A program made the position numbers and the translations under genes. From assembly GCF_003704095.1 (NCBI RefSeq), contig NW_020845701.1:62001-126000 (forward strand): a DNA stretch of 64,000 bases. Reading direction: 5' to 3'. Shown here one piece after another: positions 48,844 to 61,800 of the stretch. The notes beneath the pieces were generated by a model. The model was not told the DNA's origin. It ran no database searches and saw nothing but the letters and a program-made list of their open reading frames with translations. Each line of letters starts with the position of its first letter. Within the stretch, counting starts at the first letter, position 1. This DNA is from Pocillopora damicornis (taxonomy: Eukaryota).

Positions 48844-49887
48844 CCCGATTCTGAGCTGTTCTTCTAAAGTACCTTGGAATCGAGTGAAATTACCGAGACA
48901 TGGTTTCAAAATCGTTATGGGGTGGACGCGACTGGAAAAGACATAATTTTGGACAACAATTTGAAAGCAAAGAAGACCAAAAAAGCGGGGGAAAATTTTA
49001 TTTACCAATGTCCGCTCACTTGGGGCTAAGAGATTCCAACTGAAGTATTCCTGCCAAGGTTTGGGGTGAATCAGAGGGAACAGTGATAGAAATTTATACG
49101 GAATATAAATTCAGAGAATAATCGCCCCAATTAGGAAAAACGTATCAAAAACACATCGAAGATTTTTAAGATCTTTTTTTTCCCACTCGATGATTACGGG
49201 CAAATTAATTTACGACTGTGTGATCAAACTGTTTTTCCATGGCATGATCCAAGCTAACAACAAGAATACGAGGAAGGCCAAAGGCTACATAAAAAAACTA
49301 CAAAATTTCACATCTATCCTACTAGTCACAACGTAGTTGTATCGTAGTTTAATGGAAATTTAACAAAAATTTATACTTTTATTTTTGGACAGGATTTAAG
49401 TAATTATTTATTGATGTACAAGAAATTTGACCTTGCTTCCAGGGAGATTAAATCATAAGAATATGTCTCTATTTACTAAGTTATTAACTTTTGAAAATAA
49501 ATTAAAGAGGAAAAGGGGTCTTTACACGAAATGGAGTTCTTACGCGATATCTACGTGCGATACAACCGCGATACAATCGCCATATACCGAGTGTTAAGAC
49601 TCCTCAGACGAATTCTTTTCGCCAATTTGACAAACACTTGCAACCAAGCACGATCAACTCAAGATTTCAAAACGCGGAAAAGCCCTTCCAGCAGAGCACC
49701 TGAGCAACATGGTCACGGCAAACAGCACGCTATTCGGCGTTTCTGGCACACCTAAGCTAAAGTATCGTGCCTGTGTAATCTGCCTCAGCCTTCAGCTTTA
49801 GCAGATAACTCAGACCTCGGCATTGATAATTCACGATATCAACCTCGTCCAATGGTTGCCTATTCTCGCCATCAACAAGGACCTAGG

Positions 49888-52800
49888 CTAAGCAGTTTTT
49901 GTTTTGAGTTTTATCTTGCGCCGTGATTTTACACCAAGACCAGTTCTCGTTTTTATTTTCATCGTCCTTTGCTGAGGAACTTTTACCTTGGTTTTCTTCT
50001 TCACTTTGAATCCCTAAAAACAACAAAAGAAACAAAAAGATAAAGATCGAGATGGAAGTGGATATCAAACACTGTTAACAACGGATCGCTCTTAGAAGTG
50101 TACATCTAAGTGGTGTTAGTGGGGAAACGTGTATACGTACATAATTTTGATATTGGGAATTTCCTATTACACTCGTTTTCCGACTCGTAAAAAAGCTGCT
50201 TCACGCAAATCAACACACGGGAATTTTACGGCCCTTACTCAATCCAGATGTTTCGCTTCAATGGAACTTGTATTCATAGGACTGATCCAAAAAATAAGGA
50301 CGCTTTTACTGCCTAACTCTCTCACGATGCGGTTTCCCATAGATATCTATCGCAACTTACTTCGGATGCTCTCTTCGTTTTCCTTTTCTTTGTCGAAATA
50401 TCTGGCATGACGTCTCCTTTCGTGCGAACCTCGAACTGCTCCTCTCTATCAGGGCTTTTTCTTTTTTTCGAGTCACGATCGCTCATGTCATCAGAGCTTT
50501 CATTCTGCACCGTATTTCGATCCTTCAATCCAACCACGTGCCCGTTCTGCGTTGCGCCCCGTACAATATCACCTTCGCTTTCATTTTCAAAATCATCGTG
50601 ATCACTTGCTCCATTCATCCTTTCGTTATCGCCATCTTCATGAATGTCTGTTCCATTCCCTGTGCTTTTCTCGTCCTCTTCCTCCACTACTTCATCTGAC
50701 CGTGAGTGGTCAGGAATGGAGGGCACATCATGCGGAACATCGCTCGTACCTTGTTCCCGAGAGTTGTCATCCAGTACTCTGAGCCTGCTATCTATAGCGG
50801 AATCACTTGTAGAAGCAGCCCCTGAAGTGGCACTAACAGTTCTGAGGAAATAAAAACAAAATCCATTGTTTTCATTACAAATTAAAGTTAGCCCACAAAT
50901 CTTTGTTCTACTCTCATTCAAATTACTAACTTGGAATTTTTTCATTTCATCGAATTACCCAATTCATGTAAGTTGTGAAAGTTTCTCAATCTTTTGAATC
51001 TTCAAAATTGGATGTTTCGGAAGGGCGGTATCTAAAAAATTAGTTTTAAAAAACTAAAGCTGTAGTTTCATTAGAATCAAAACTTCACGCATAACTGCAT
51101 GCAGTGCGGCACTCGTCGTAGTAAAACCTTGGCGCAGTCGTCTCGTTTTTCAGTCTCATTTTACGCGAAAATTTCACACACATCTGAAATTTGCCATGCA
51201 AACGTCATGTAAAAAGGCATTTGAAAAAGCGGGTGAAAAACGCTATCCTGTCCACGTAGTGTTGTTACACGCTTTCCGCCTAGCCCACATGTACACAAAA
51301 CTTACACTCACGCATACACTTTGGAGCTTCGAGAAAGATCTTGAAGGGTTAAATTATATAATTTTTCCTTTTTCAAAAAAAAAGACGAAACAAAACCACA
51401 AGGTATTGCGAATCATAAAGTGGGAATTGAAGGGTTTAAACAGGGGAAAACGTTCGAGGAATATGATCAATGGAATTCAACTTTGAATTTTCAACGATTA
51501 GTTATAAGAAACATCAAAATCTCCTCACCTGGGTGTGGTCAACATGAGGGGACCAGACAGCTTCATGGACTGCCAAGTGTATTCAATAAACTCCATTTGC
51601 TGTCGAATAATCAAGTACATAAATTACACAGCTTTACAACCACACTTATGACCAATGGAAACAGAACCTTTCGCTATAATTTCCCTCACTTTGAATAAAG
51701 AGGACACAACTATGGAAAACCATCTCCTATTCACAATAAATGAAAACATTTTCACATTACTACAGAAACAGTTGAAATTCACACCGCATAGGTTCAATTC
51801 ATAAGTAAATATATTAATCGTTTCGTCTGTAGCATGACAAAGAAATGGGGCATGAGGAAAAAAAATTGCGAGTACCCATGAGGAATCAAACCTTGGACCT
51901 ATGAATTTCGCGCTTTGATTCTCTACCAGTGAGCTATGGTGAACTCGATGAATTCGATCGTAAGCTAGGCCGTAACAACGTTAAATTTTAAGGCCGTTCC
52001 CTGGCGTTCACCCTTTACACTCTGAAATTAATATGCAAATTCTTCATACGGTTTTCTATAAATTTCCCAAGGTGCTGACGAGGAGAATTTGTTTAACAAT
52101 CAAGAGGTTTTTTAGTTGGTGATCATTTCCTTTATTCGTGTAAACTCAATGTTTGATTCAGGGGTGATAATATACGGAGAAATTAGATGCTAGTCACTCT
52201 TAGAGGTTAAAGGGGTAACGTGTTCTAATCATAATAACAGGAGACAATAGTGAAAGTGTTTTACTATATTACACATCTTAAGTGTCAGAGAAGTCCGCCG
52301 AAAGGAATAGAGAGTATCAGTTGAAAAAGACAAACCTGTAGGAGTCGATCCATCCGTTGGAAATGTTTTTCTGCAAGAGATTCAAATTTCAGACATACAT
52401 TTCTTGTTATACTGACGATAACGATTACAGAAGAATGCTCTGAACGGGAGGGGGGAGGGGCTGTGGTGGAGGTAAGCAGAGGGAGAGGAGAGTGGGTAGT
52501 TATTTTTCTTTCTATGACTGAAATTTTTTTAAGCTCTTCAGAAATATCACAAGATAATAGGAAACCTCCAAAATAAAAAATCAGACATCGCATTAACTGA
52601 CCACTGTAGGAAAGAAGGGCTTCCATTGTGTCTTTGATGTTTTTCTTCTTCATCAGATTGTAAGGAGAATTGTTCCTTAAGATAATAGAAAGCACTGAAA
52701 AAAAAATAAAACGCCAAAACGCGTTGTAGAAAGTGACTCGGCAACTATGAAGTAAATGGTCAAACACCAGGGTTTCATCTACAAAGAAACTGAAAAGGTT

Positions 52801-55800
52801 GAAAACCTCGCATGGCACAAGATGAAAGCAGTGCTCTAAACTGCAAGGAGTCCCTCTTATTCGACGTCCTTCGCGCGCGTAAAAAAAACAGTGAGAGAAA
52901 AATTGATGCAAGTGCACCGTGACTCAATCCCTGAGTTCCGCGCTGCACGCTAGCGGAACGCTAGCCTAATTTTTTTTTCCCACTGCGCGATGGACCTCGC
53001 CAAAAGAGAGGGACTGCTCGTTGTCTGGTACTCCTCAGTAGCCCCCATTCGAATGGCACACACTAAGCTTTTATCTGCAGATGTTAAAGTTACAGCCTCC
53101 TTGTAAACCAGGAAAGTGAGTAAATAATGTCTATATTTAAAGAGGGTGACACACACAAGTTAAAATTAATAAACTAGTGGCCCATTAAAAGCAGCACCAT
53201 AAGGAAGTATTACAGAGTAGCTTTCATTTGATTGGTTTCACTCTGGGGTTTTATCGACGACACTGATAAATTCGTTGATTCTTATCAGTTTTTAAGTGAG
53301 TAATAAAATGATGCTACAAGAAGTTAGATGTTAATCCCAATAGCGAGTGAGAAGGTTTAACTTTACCAGATTGAGCGACATGGCAGTTCTTCGAGTTAGT
53401 GTTCCACTGCACAATAAACCTCAACATAGCATCTGAAACAAAAGCAATAAATCGAGAAATAAAGTTCATCGAGGTTAAACCTAATGACCAGTTGTGGTCA
53501 GCATAGCTTCTTGGACTCCACCTAGTGGAATATTTGCAAACAAACACCTTAAGACTGTTCCAGGCGACTGAGCGCCTGGTGCAGGCTGATACACTTCTTA
53601 CCGAGTTGATCTTCCCTGAATGATTTGATTGCTTTTGTCAACTCTTCTGTTCCATTTTCAGTAAGAAGGATATCTGCATTGTGGACAAAAAGAAAAATAC
53701 TTAAATAGATGAGACTCTCCTGCATAAAAAGTACATCAAGAAAAACCCAACGCTTCACAGGATGAGATGCATGTAAGGTACTGTACCTTTAACGATGTTC
53801 ATAACTCTAAAAGGCTGCTCCAATGTGATGGCTAGACTAATTGCTTGGAGATAATTCTTGTCAGCGATTAAGTTTGACAGTTCCTGTTGTCTGTTCGAAA
53901 AAAATAAAAAGATAAATAATATTTAGACGAGAATGACAGTACAGATGATGAGTTATCCTAGCAGTATATTTAAACTTAGTACAACACCACAATGGCAGTT
54001 GAATGGTTGGTAGTGGCTCAATTGCAAACTCGTACGCACGTTAATCACGAAATATATTTTTTGAGATAAATTTAAAATTTAGGAAGAAAGGGAAATACCA
54101 TCATAAAGTTGTCAGCGCTTCTTCTGTTGGACGGTATTCTTAAGATGATGGCTCATTTTACGGACCGTGGTATGGATAAAAAAAAAAAGGCTTTTCATGC
54201 AGGTCGCCAATGGTAGTTTTCTAAGACAGTAGTAAAAATTGTGTTACAATTTTCAAATCAATCATCTTATTTAAAGTAACTCACTTTAAAATATTCTCTT
54301 CGATGACAGCTTGCGCTTGCTCTTGTTCGATCTCTGTGACATCCTAATTGGAAAACAATTCACTAAAATGAGAAATCAATGTTCCGAATGTTCCGTTGTG
54401 TTCTCACTTTTCAGGAGGAAAGAGCTTCACTTAACACATGGAACAACTTTATTGCGGAAGAGGATCATGACACAAACCTTCCAAATATTAATCACTGAGT
54501 CTGCGCCTCCTGAAATAAGTTGATCTTGGTTTTTATTCACAGCTATACTCCACACCTAGGAAGATAAACAGTGTTTCGTTTTGGACTGTTTGTTTCTTTT
54601 TCCATCAGCACAATAGCTTGAGAAAAGTCAGATTCGAGAAGCGTGTAAACAACACATACCAAAACGAAAGGGACCCACCTTGTCCAGATGTTGATCAAAC
54701 GTCTTGACGCACTCGTTTGTTTTTATGGTCCACAGTTTGAGAAGACCCTCAGAGCCACTGAAAATTAGAGGAAGCATGTGGAAAAAGCGAAAACACGGTC
54801 ATGTAGAGCAGAGGTTTCAATAAACGCCAATTAATCCCTTAGCCCCTGAGAGTGACTAGCATCACATTTCTCCCTATAATATCACCCCTGAATCACACGT
54901 TAAGGTCATGAGAATAAAGGAAATGATCACCAACGAAAGAAACTTTTGGTTGGAAGACAAATTCTCCTTGGCAGCACCTTAGAAAATGTATAAAGAGCAG
55001 TATGGAGAATATGCCTTCTGATTCTAGGGTGTAAAGGGTTAACGACAGCCACCTTTTACACAAACGGCAGCCGCCCATAGAAAAATGTAATAAAGCCCCT
55101 GTGTAAAGGCCCAAAGGAAGTAAAGCGAAAACGCACCTCTACGCGACAAATGAACTTCTAAGCGATTCAACAAATTAACGGAGAAGCAAAGAAAATAAAC
55201 TGTTAAAAAAAATTTTAGGAGGGAGATTCAAGTATAGGAGGACGGATATAAAGAAACACAGACAGACGTACAGACAAAAGAACAAAATTCACCTCGAGAC
55301 AAGCTGCATTCCTCTGGTCAAGAAACAGATCTTTAAAACCGAGCTGGTATGTCCCTCTAGTGTCTTAACACATGTGAAGTCAGACAGGGCCCAGATCTTG
55401 ATGGTTGAATCTGCAGATGAAGTCGCCAAGCACTGGTCCACAGGCGAAAATCTTACGCACCAGATTCCTTTCTTATGGCCGCGTAAAGTGCCCAGAAGTG
55501 AACCATTGGATATCATCCAGATCTACAAAACAAGCACCAAACTTCAAGTAAAAACCCATCATGCTACCCAACAGTACCATACGTTACGTTACAATATGAT
55601 ACATCGTGTTTTGATATTTTATAATCGATTTATATAACGTTAGGTTATGTTTCGTTACGTTAGCTTCTGTTCCGTTATGTTACGTTACGAAACGTTACGT
55701 TAACTTACATAATGCTTCAAATTACTTTTCTTTGTGAAATCTCACGTACGGTACTGTAATAAGCTTCGTTTCGACACAACATAACATAACATAATGTTCA

Positions 55801-58800
55801 TCACGTTCATGTTCTCACGTTATGTTTAGCCACGCACTTCACGTTACACAATCTTTTGTTACGTTACACTGACTCGCGTTACGTTTCGTATCCTATAATT
55901 TCTGGTTCGTTTTCTTTACAGTTCAATGGATTGTTCTTTAAGCCCACTTTTCAAAAATCTTGGTTCATTCCGTACCTTTGCCGTTTTATCTTGTGAACCA
56001 GTCGCCATCAGCTTATCATTGGGTGAAATTGTGACAGAGTTAATGCCCTGCAGTAGAAGGTGAACAAAACTTAGTACACAAGACACAGCAAGACATTCAA
56101 CATAATTAATTACCCTTTATTGGCAAAAGTTTTTGACGTTATCTCCAGATCGAAGTAAATCCTTTTATACACAACAAGAACAACAATACGTCAAATGAGT
56201 CAAAAAAAATTATCCTAAACTTGTTATTTAAGTTATTTATGTCAATCTCAGACCAGCGAGGAAATAATAAGAAAGAACACCTCTCCTTTTTTTTTTACGA
56301 CTACGTTCAATAATGACAATTCCTTTTCACTCTCTCACTTCACGAAGCACGCTCGAATCAATGTCAGCATCTGAACAACTACGCACCAACCCCTCCACGG
56401 TCTTACCCAACAACAGTCAACTAGTAACAAGTTGGGGTTAATGTTGGGTCAGGGGAAGGGTACGTTCGCAGTTGCTCATTGATCCGCACGCTTTCTGTAT
56501 CGTCGATCTAAGCAGTACGCAGTAGCTACCCGACAAGTTTTCTGCAGCTTGCTAAGCAAGTATCCCACGGTAACCTAAGCACCACCCGAAGTCAATTCAA
56601 GTCCTCATCGGGAATCCTTAATTTCCATCCCCTTCGACATGCCAAATGTTTACCATACTATACTCATTTAATCAAATATAGTGTACATACCTTATCATGT
56701 GCTTTCTCGGTTAGCTTGACTGACAACTTGATCGGTGAATCCAGCTGCAAAGAAAAAGAGAGGCAAATGTAACCTTGGAAATGTTTAGCAAACATGTGAA
56801 CAAGAAACGTTCATGTTAGAGTGAAGTACTGAAGACAAGGAAATGGATAATAAAGAACAGAACTTCTTCAGAATAAAAAATATTTATTACACACATCATC
56901 TATTTTTGGAGGTATTTTCCATATCTTGACGGTGTTATCCTGACTCCCACTTGCTACAAAAGAGTTGTCAAGCCTGGCAAAAGAAGTTTTGAAAATATTT
57001 AGCAAACCATGAAGAGCAATACATCGGCTGGGAATGGCTGATCTACATTGATCAACTGGCTCTATGAATTTCCTGTTTGATCAACTTCACTTAGCCGACG
57101 GACGAACAGACGGACGTACGGACGTACCGACCGACGGACCGACAGACCAACGGACCGACGGACTAGCTGGCTAACAAGCTTTTTGACTGTTGACGTACAC
57201 GCTTCATAATTTACCTGGACCATGCGACTGTGTGGACAGCATGGGTATGTCCCAACCCTGTGCCTACACAACGGAATTCACATTGTTTGTTCATCTGCCA
57301 GACACGCACTGTATTGTCCTACAGAAAAATAAGCAATCACAAATTAGATATTAAATACGAAAAAAATCAGTAATATCATGGAACAAACTTCGATTAAGCG
57401 TCAAAAAACTAAAATCAAGAAATCACAACAGCCGGGTAAACTGTCTGATACGTAGGAAAACGCTATGCTGTGCCACCAAACCAATTATACTCGTAATAAC
57501 TGAAATTATACATGGATGTCAGAATAACCCAAACGACAAAGGGAATGGCAATCCAAATTCTTTGTGTCTATTGTAAATCGTCAGATGCTTGTGTCACTAA
57601 GGATGCCCCACATACCATTTACCACACAAATTGAGTGTTCTGTTTTAAATTCAAAATTACTTTTTCATGCCTGAAACAAGGCGTGGCTAACTACAGCGTA
57701 AAAACTTTTATAACTAGAAAATAAACCATGCTTGCTTTGGTGTTAGTATAAATTTGCTGAAAGGATGAATATTGAGTAGCTTTTATTTTCCGCCCCTGTT
57801 CTAGTTTCCCTTAAATTTCTACGTGTACTAACAGTAGCTTACCTTTGATCCAGTGACCAGCATATCACCTGCACTGTTTATCTCCAGAGCTAAGACAATA
57901 TCGGTGTGTCCCTCCAATAGCTGGCAGTTCATGGAGGCCAACTCATATATCCGCAACTGACTACTGTTAGTTGCCACAGAAAGATGGCTCTCTTTGTCAC
58001 CAACAAAACTCAAGTCCAAGATCTCATCATTGTATCCTACAAACTACAAGACAATATATGTAAGTGTGAGGCCTGCATCTGGCTTCAGTGCATACAGTGT
58101 ACAGGCAGGTACTGTCAGATGACAATCTCGAATGGAAACTCAAGGAATAGGTTTGATTTTCAAGTTTCAAGTTTCAATACTAGTGTTAAATTTTCAACGG
58201 ATTTTTACCAATAATTTTGAAGAAGGGATTGTTTCTTGAAAATGCAATAGAAGTGATGAATAACACAATGACTTACCCTAACAGTACCACATACCCAATA
58301 ATTTACTTGGTATATACCTGCTTAGTTCTCTTCAGTGATTCCAGCTCATGAAACACAATGTTGTGGTCAAATGTGACCACTGCAACTTGATCCAGGTTCC
58401 TGCATAAGGTGGCATGAACAATCTGTTGATTGCCATCTTCATCATTATTGTTTTCGCTCTTATTACTCCTTCTAGCACTGAGAACAGTCTCAGTAAAAAC
58501 ACATTTACCATCTTGAAAACTCCAAACCCTTAGCTGACCTGCAAAGAAAGAGGGGAAAGGTTAACAACACTTTATGCTTTCTGCTTTGGCGCTGTTTATC
58601 AGGTGTTTTATGAATATATTATTTAATTACTGGTACAAAATAATAATAAAATATTTTGTGATCTTCTTTTAAGTGATAGGTTGTTATGTACAGTATAAAG
58701 TTAGAGCTACTTAAGGTACCCTGTGCTTTCATCAAATGGCAAAATGCTCCTTCACGTACATCAGTGCTAGCTACAGTATGTGACTATTTCAGAAACTATC

Positions 58801-61800
58801 AGCCAGAAAAATTTCACAAAAAAGTTTTGACCAACATGTAATATTAACTCTTTTATTACCAAGATCAAATTATTAATTCTTCCCTCTAGCAGCTACAAAT
58901 TTTCTTTTAAATAAGTTACAACTTGCAATTTAGTGAAAGATCAAAATAACAACTTCTACCTGATAACTTTGAGTATTCTCATTACCTGTTTGCTGGATAA
59001 TGTATGGATATTATAGGGAGAAGTTACATGTTAATCACTTCTGAGAGTTAAAGGGTTAAGGATAATGATTAAAGAGAACATTATTAAGTAAACATGATTA
59101 TATTTAATCAAGGGTCATACCTTTACTGCCAGCAGTCATGAAATATTCTTTCTCCTTATTTTTGCATCCAGGACAATTGCTGCCTTTAGGCAGAGTGATC
59201 ACTGACTCTACACCCTAACAAGATAAAATACAGTATTGGTTACTACTGGTTGTCGTACCTTTACCAAAAATATCCTCTGTTCTCATCACTGGGGAATGAC
59301 ATGCAGACTGACTGACCAACAGAATGACAGGCAAACAAACAGGGTAATTTAGCATTATCAACTGAGTTGATAACTTAAATTAGCCACCATAAAGAGTCTC
59401 AAAAGCTGACATTTCAAGCATTAGTACTTGGTCAGAGTGAATGACAAAGGACTAATGCTCAAAAAAACAGCTTTTAAACTTTTTCCAGTGGCCAATTTAC
59501 GTCATCAACTCAGTTGATAATAGCAAATTACCCTGTTATACTCTCCTACAGATGCAGTACCACAGTTTCTTTTATTGGAAACTTCCACCCTTTAGACAAA
59601 CAAACAGACAGACAGATAGACAAATAAATGTAGGTAGAGGAGTAGAATTCCAAAGAAACTGTGGTGCTATAGTTGTGGGGTTATTACAATACAATTTTGT
59701 TCTATCCTCTTAGTTAATAAAGTAAATTGACCACATTATTAAAAGATTTTGAGCTGAAAAAATTTCAAGCATTAGCCATTTGTCAAAGCATACCAGACAA
59801 AAGGACAAACTGTCAAACAGACTTAAGGAAAGTTGCGTTAGATGATACCTACACCATGGAATAGTAATTTCATACCTCAAAAGCTGGAATTGTCTTCAGC
59901 AATTTTTTGTCAGAAACATCCCACATATTTAGCACATTGTCTCTACTTGAACTGTAGAGGAAGAAAAAGATTAATTGTACAAGCATTACAGAATTAGTTT
60001 TCTCTATGAGTGATCAATCAAAAGCAATGCTGAACAAAAAACCTAGTTAATTCCAATGTACAAGCATGTCCATACAGCTGTTTAAAGAAAGTTATTGTGG
60101 GTAGTTTTCATGTCACGATTCCTTAACCACAGGATTTCAGGGAAATGTGAAAAAAATGTCACCAGAAAGATGAGCCATAGGAGGTTTGATAAATCTATTT
60201 AAATATCATTTGACTCATTAAACCTCATTGGTTACCAGATATCCAGATTATCTTAGTTTCGAGATTGTTGCATGGACTTTTGTCCTTTTTTTTTTTGACA
60301 ACTTTTCTTGAAACAGTATAACTGATGGGTTCCTTTCTCTAACTCATAGGGGCTGTGCAATGTCTAACTTCAGTTCACATAACCAACTAAAAGTATAAAA
60401 TCCCATACAGTATAGTACACCTAACCTTATCATTGTCTCTCCGGATTGAGAGAATGCAAGAGAAGTTACAACACTGAAGTGGCTCTCCAAAACAGCAACA
60501 CATCTGAAAAACAGGTCACAATGTTCTCGAGATTGTAAAAAATTCACTAGACAGCATGTATATTAGCAGTAACTGTGATTAAGACACTCTTAAATTGAAT
60601 GGCTTCTAAATAAAATTCTCCAAATGTAAAGCTCATGAAAATGTAGGAAATGATCACAAATTTGAGAAGCTCCTGATTGTTGACAAATTTTCAGCCAATG
60701 TCTCAGTCTCCAGGTTTCATTTGCTATCAAATTAATGTTCCTCTGTAACAAGGCATCTAAAAATTCATCTGATTTGTTTCTCCTTTTGTAATGCCAAATT
60801 CCCTTTTAATAACTAATTTCCAAGAAAATCTGAAGCAGCTAGAAGAGGGATTTTATAATCACATCCAGAGGTTAATCTTATTGACCTATGAGTCAATACC
60901 TGCTTTTCTTCAAATCCCATACTCGTATCTTGCAGTCATCTGATGCAGAGAAGAGCTGAAGAACATTTGCATTGGGATGAAACGAAACTAAACTGTAATA
61001 AAAAGAAACAAATGTGACCAATGGTATAAACTCAAGTTTGTTTTGCAAGCTAATTAAGGATACAGTGTTTGTTGTTTAATAAACCACACTCTATACTTTT
61101 ACAAAAGGGCATAGCCGGGATTTTTCAAAAGGGGTCACACTGTGATACGGGATCAGATTTGGGTAAGTACCTATTGTGTCAACATGGGCCTTAATTTCTG
61201 TCTCATTGATAAAAATGATAATGGTATGATAAAAACGTACGACATGAAAAGAAATAAGATGTCCTCTTCAATAAACCCATCAGATTTTAAGTCAAATTAA
61301 TGAAATATTTCTGAAAATCCTCTTAATAATTCGGTCAAAATAAAACTGTATCCCATAACAAAGGGTTCTCAACAGTTTTCACCACTTGAATATTAAGGGC
61401 TGTTTACTTAAAAAAGGCTTACAAAGAGGGGGTCATGGGCACCCCACAACCCCTTCCCCCCTGGCTATACCCTTGTACTATAAAATTAACTCACTTAACC
61501 ACTCCTTGTGATCCTTTAAAATTGTGTGTGTAGTATTGTTTAATAATATCCCAGACTTTTACTGTACTGTCACTTGAACCTACAGAATAAAGGATTACAC
61601 TGTAAATCAATGAATTCAATTTAATTTAATTATGATATTTATCATGAATAATAATTAGCTCCCATGAGTGACCAAGACAGAATTTCTCCTTACAATATCA
61701 ATACAATATCAAGCAGACAAGTGATGAGAATTAAGAAAAATATCAGTTAGGGGATTATAAATTGATCCAGTACCAAATTCTCCAAACTAACATCACAAGA

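Noticed and set aside
49883-50068. ORF-track peptide GIQSEEENQGK as the TBL3 end
   Set aside because: The upstream donor at 50361 is phase 0, which selects the lysine-rich frame ending at 49888.
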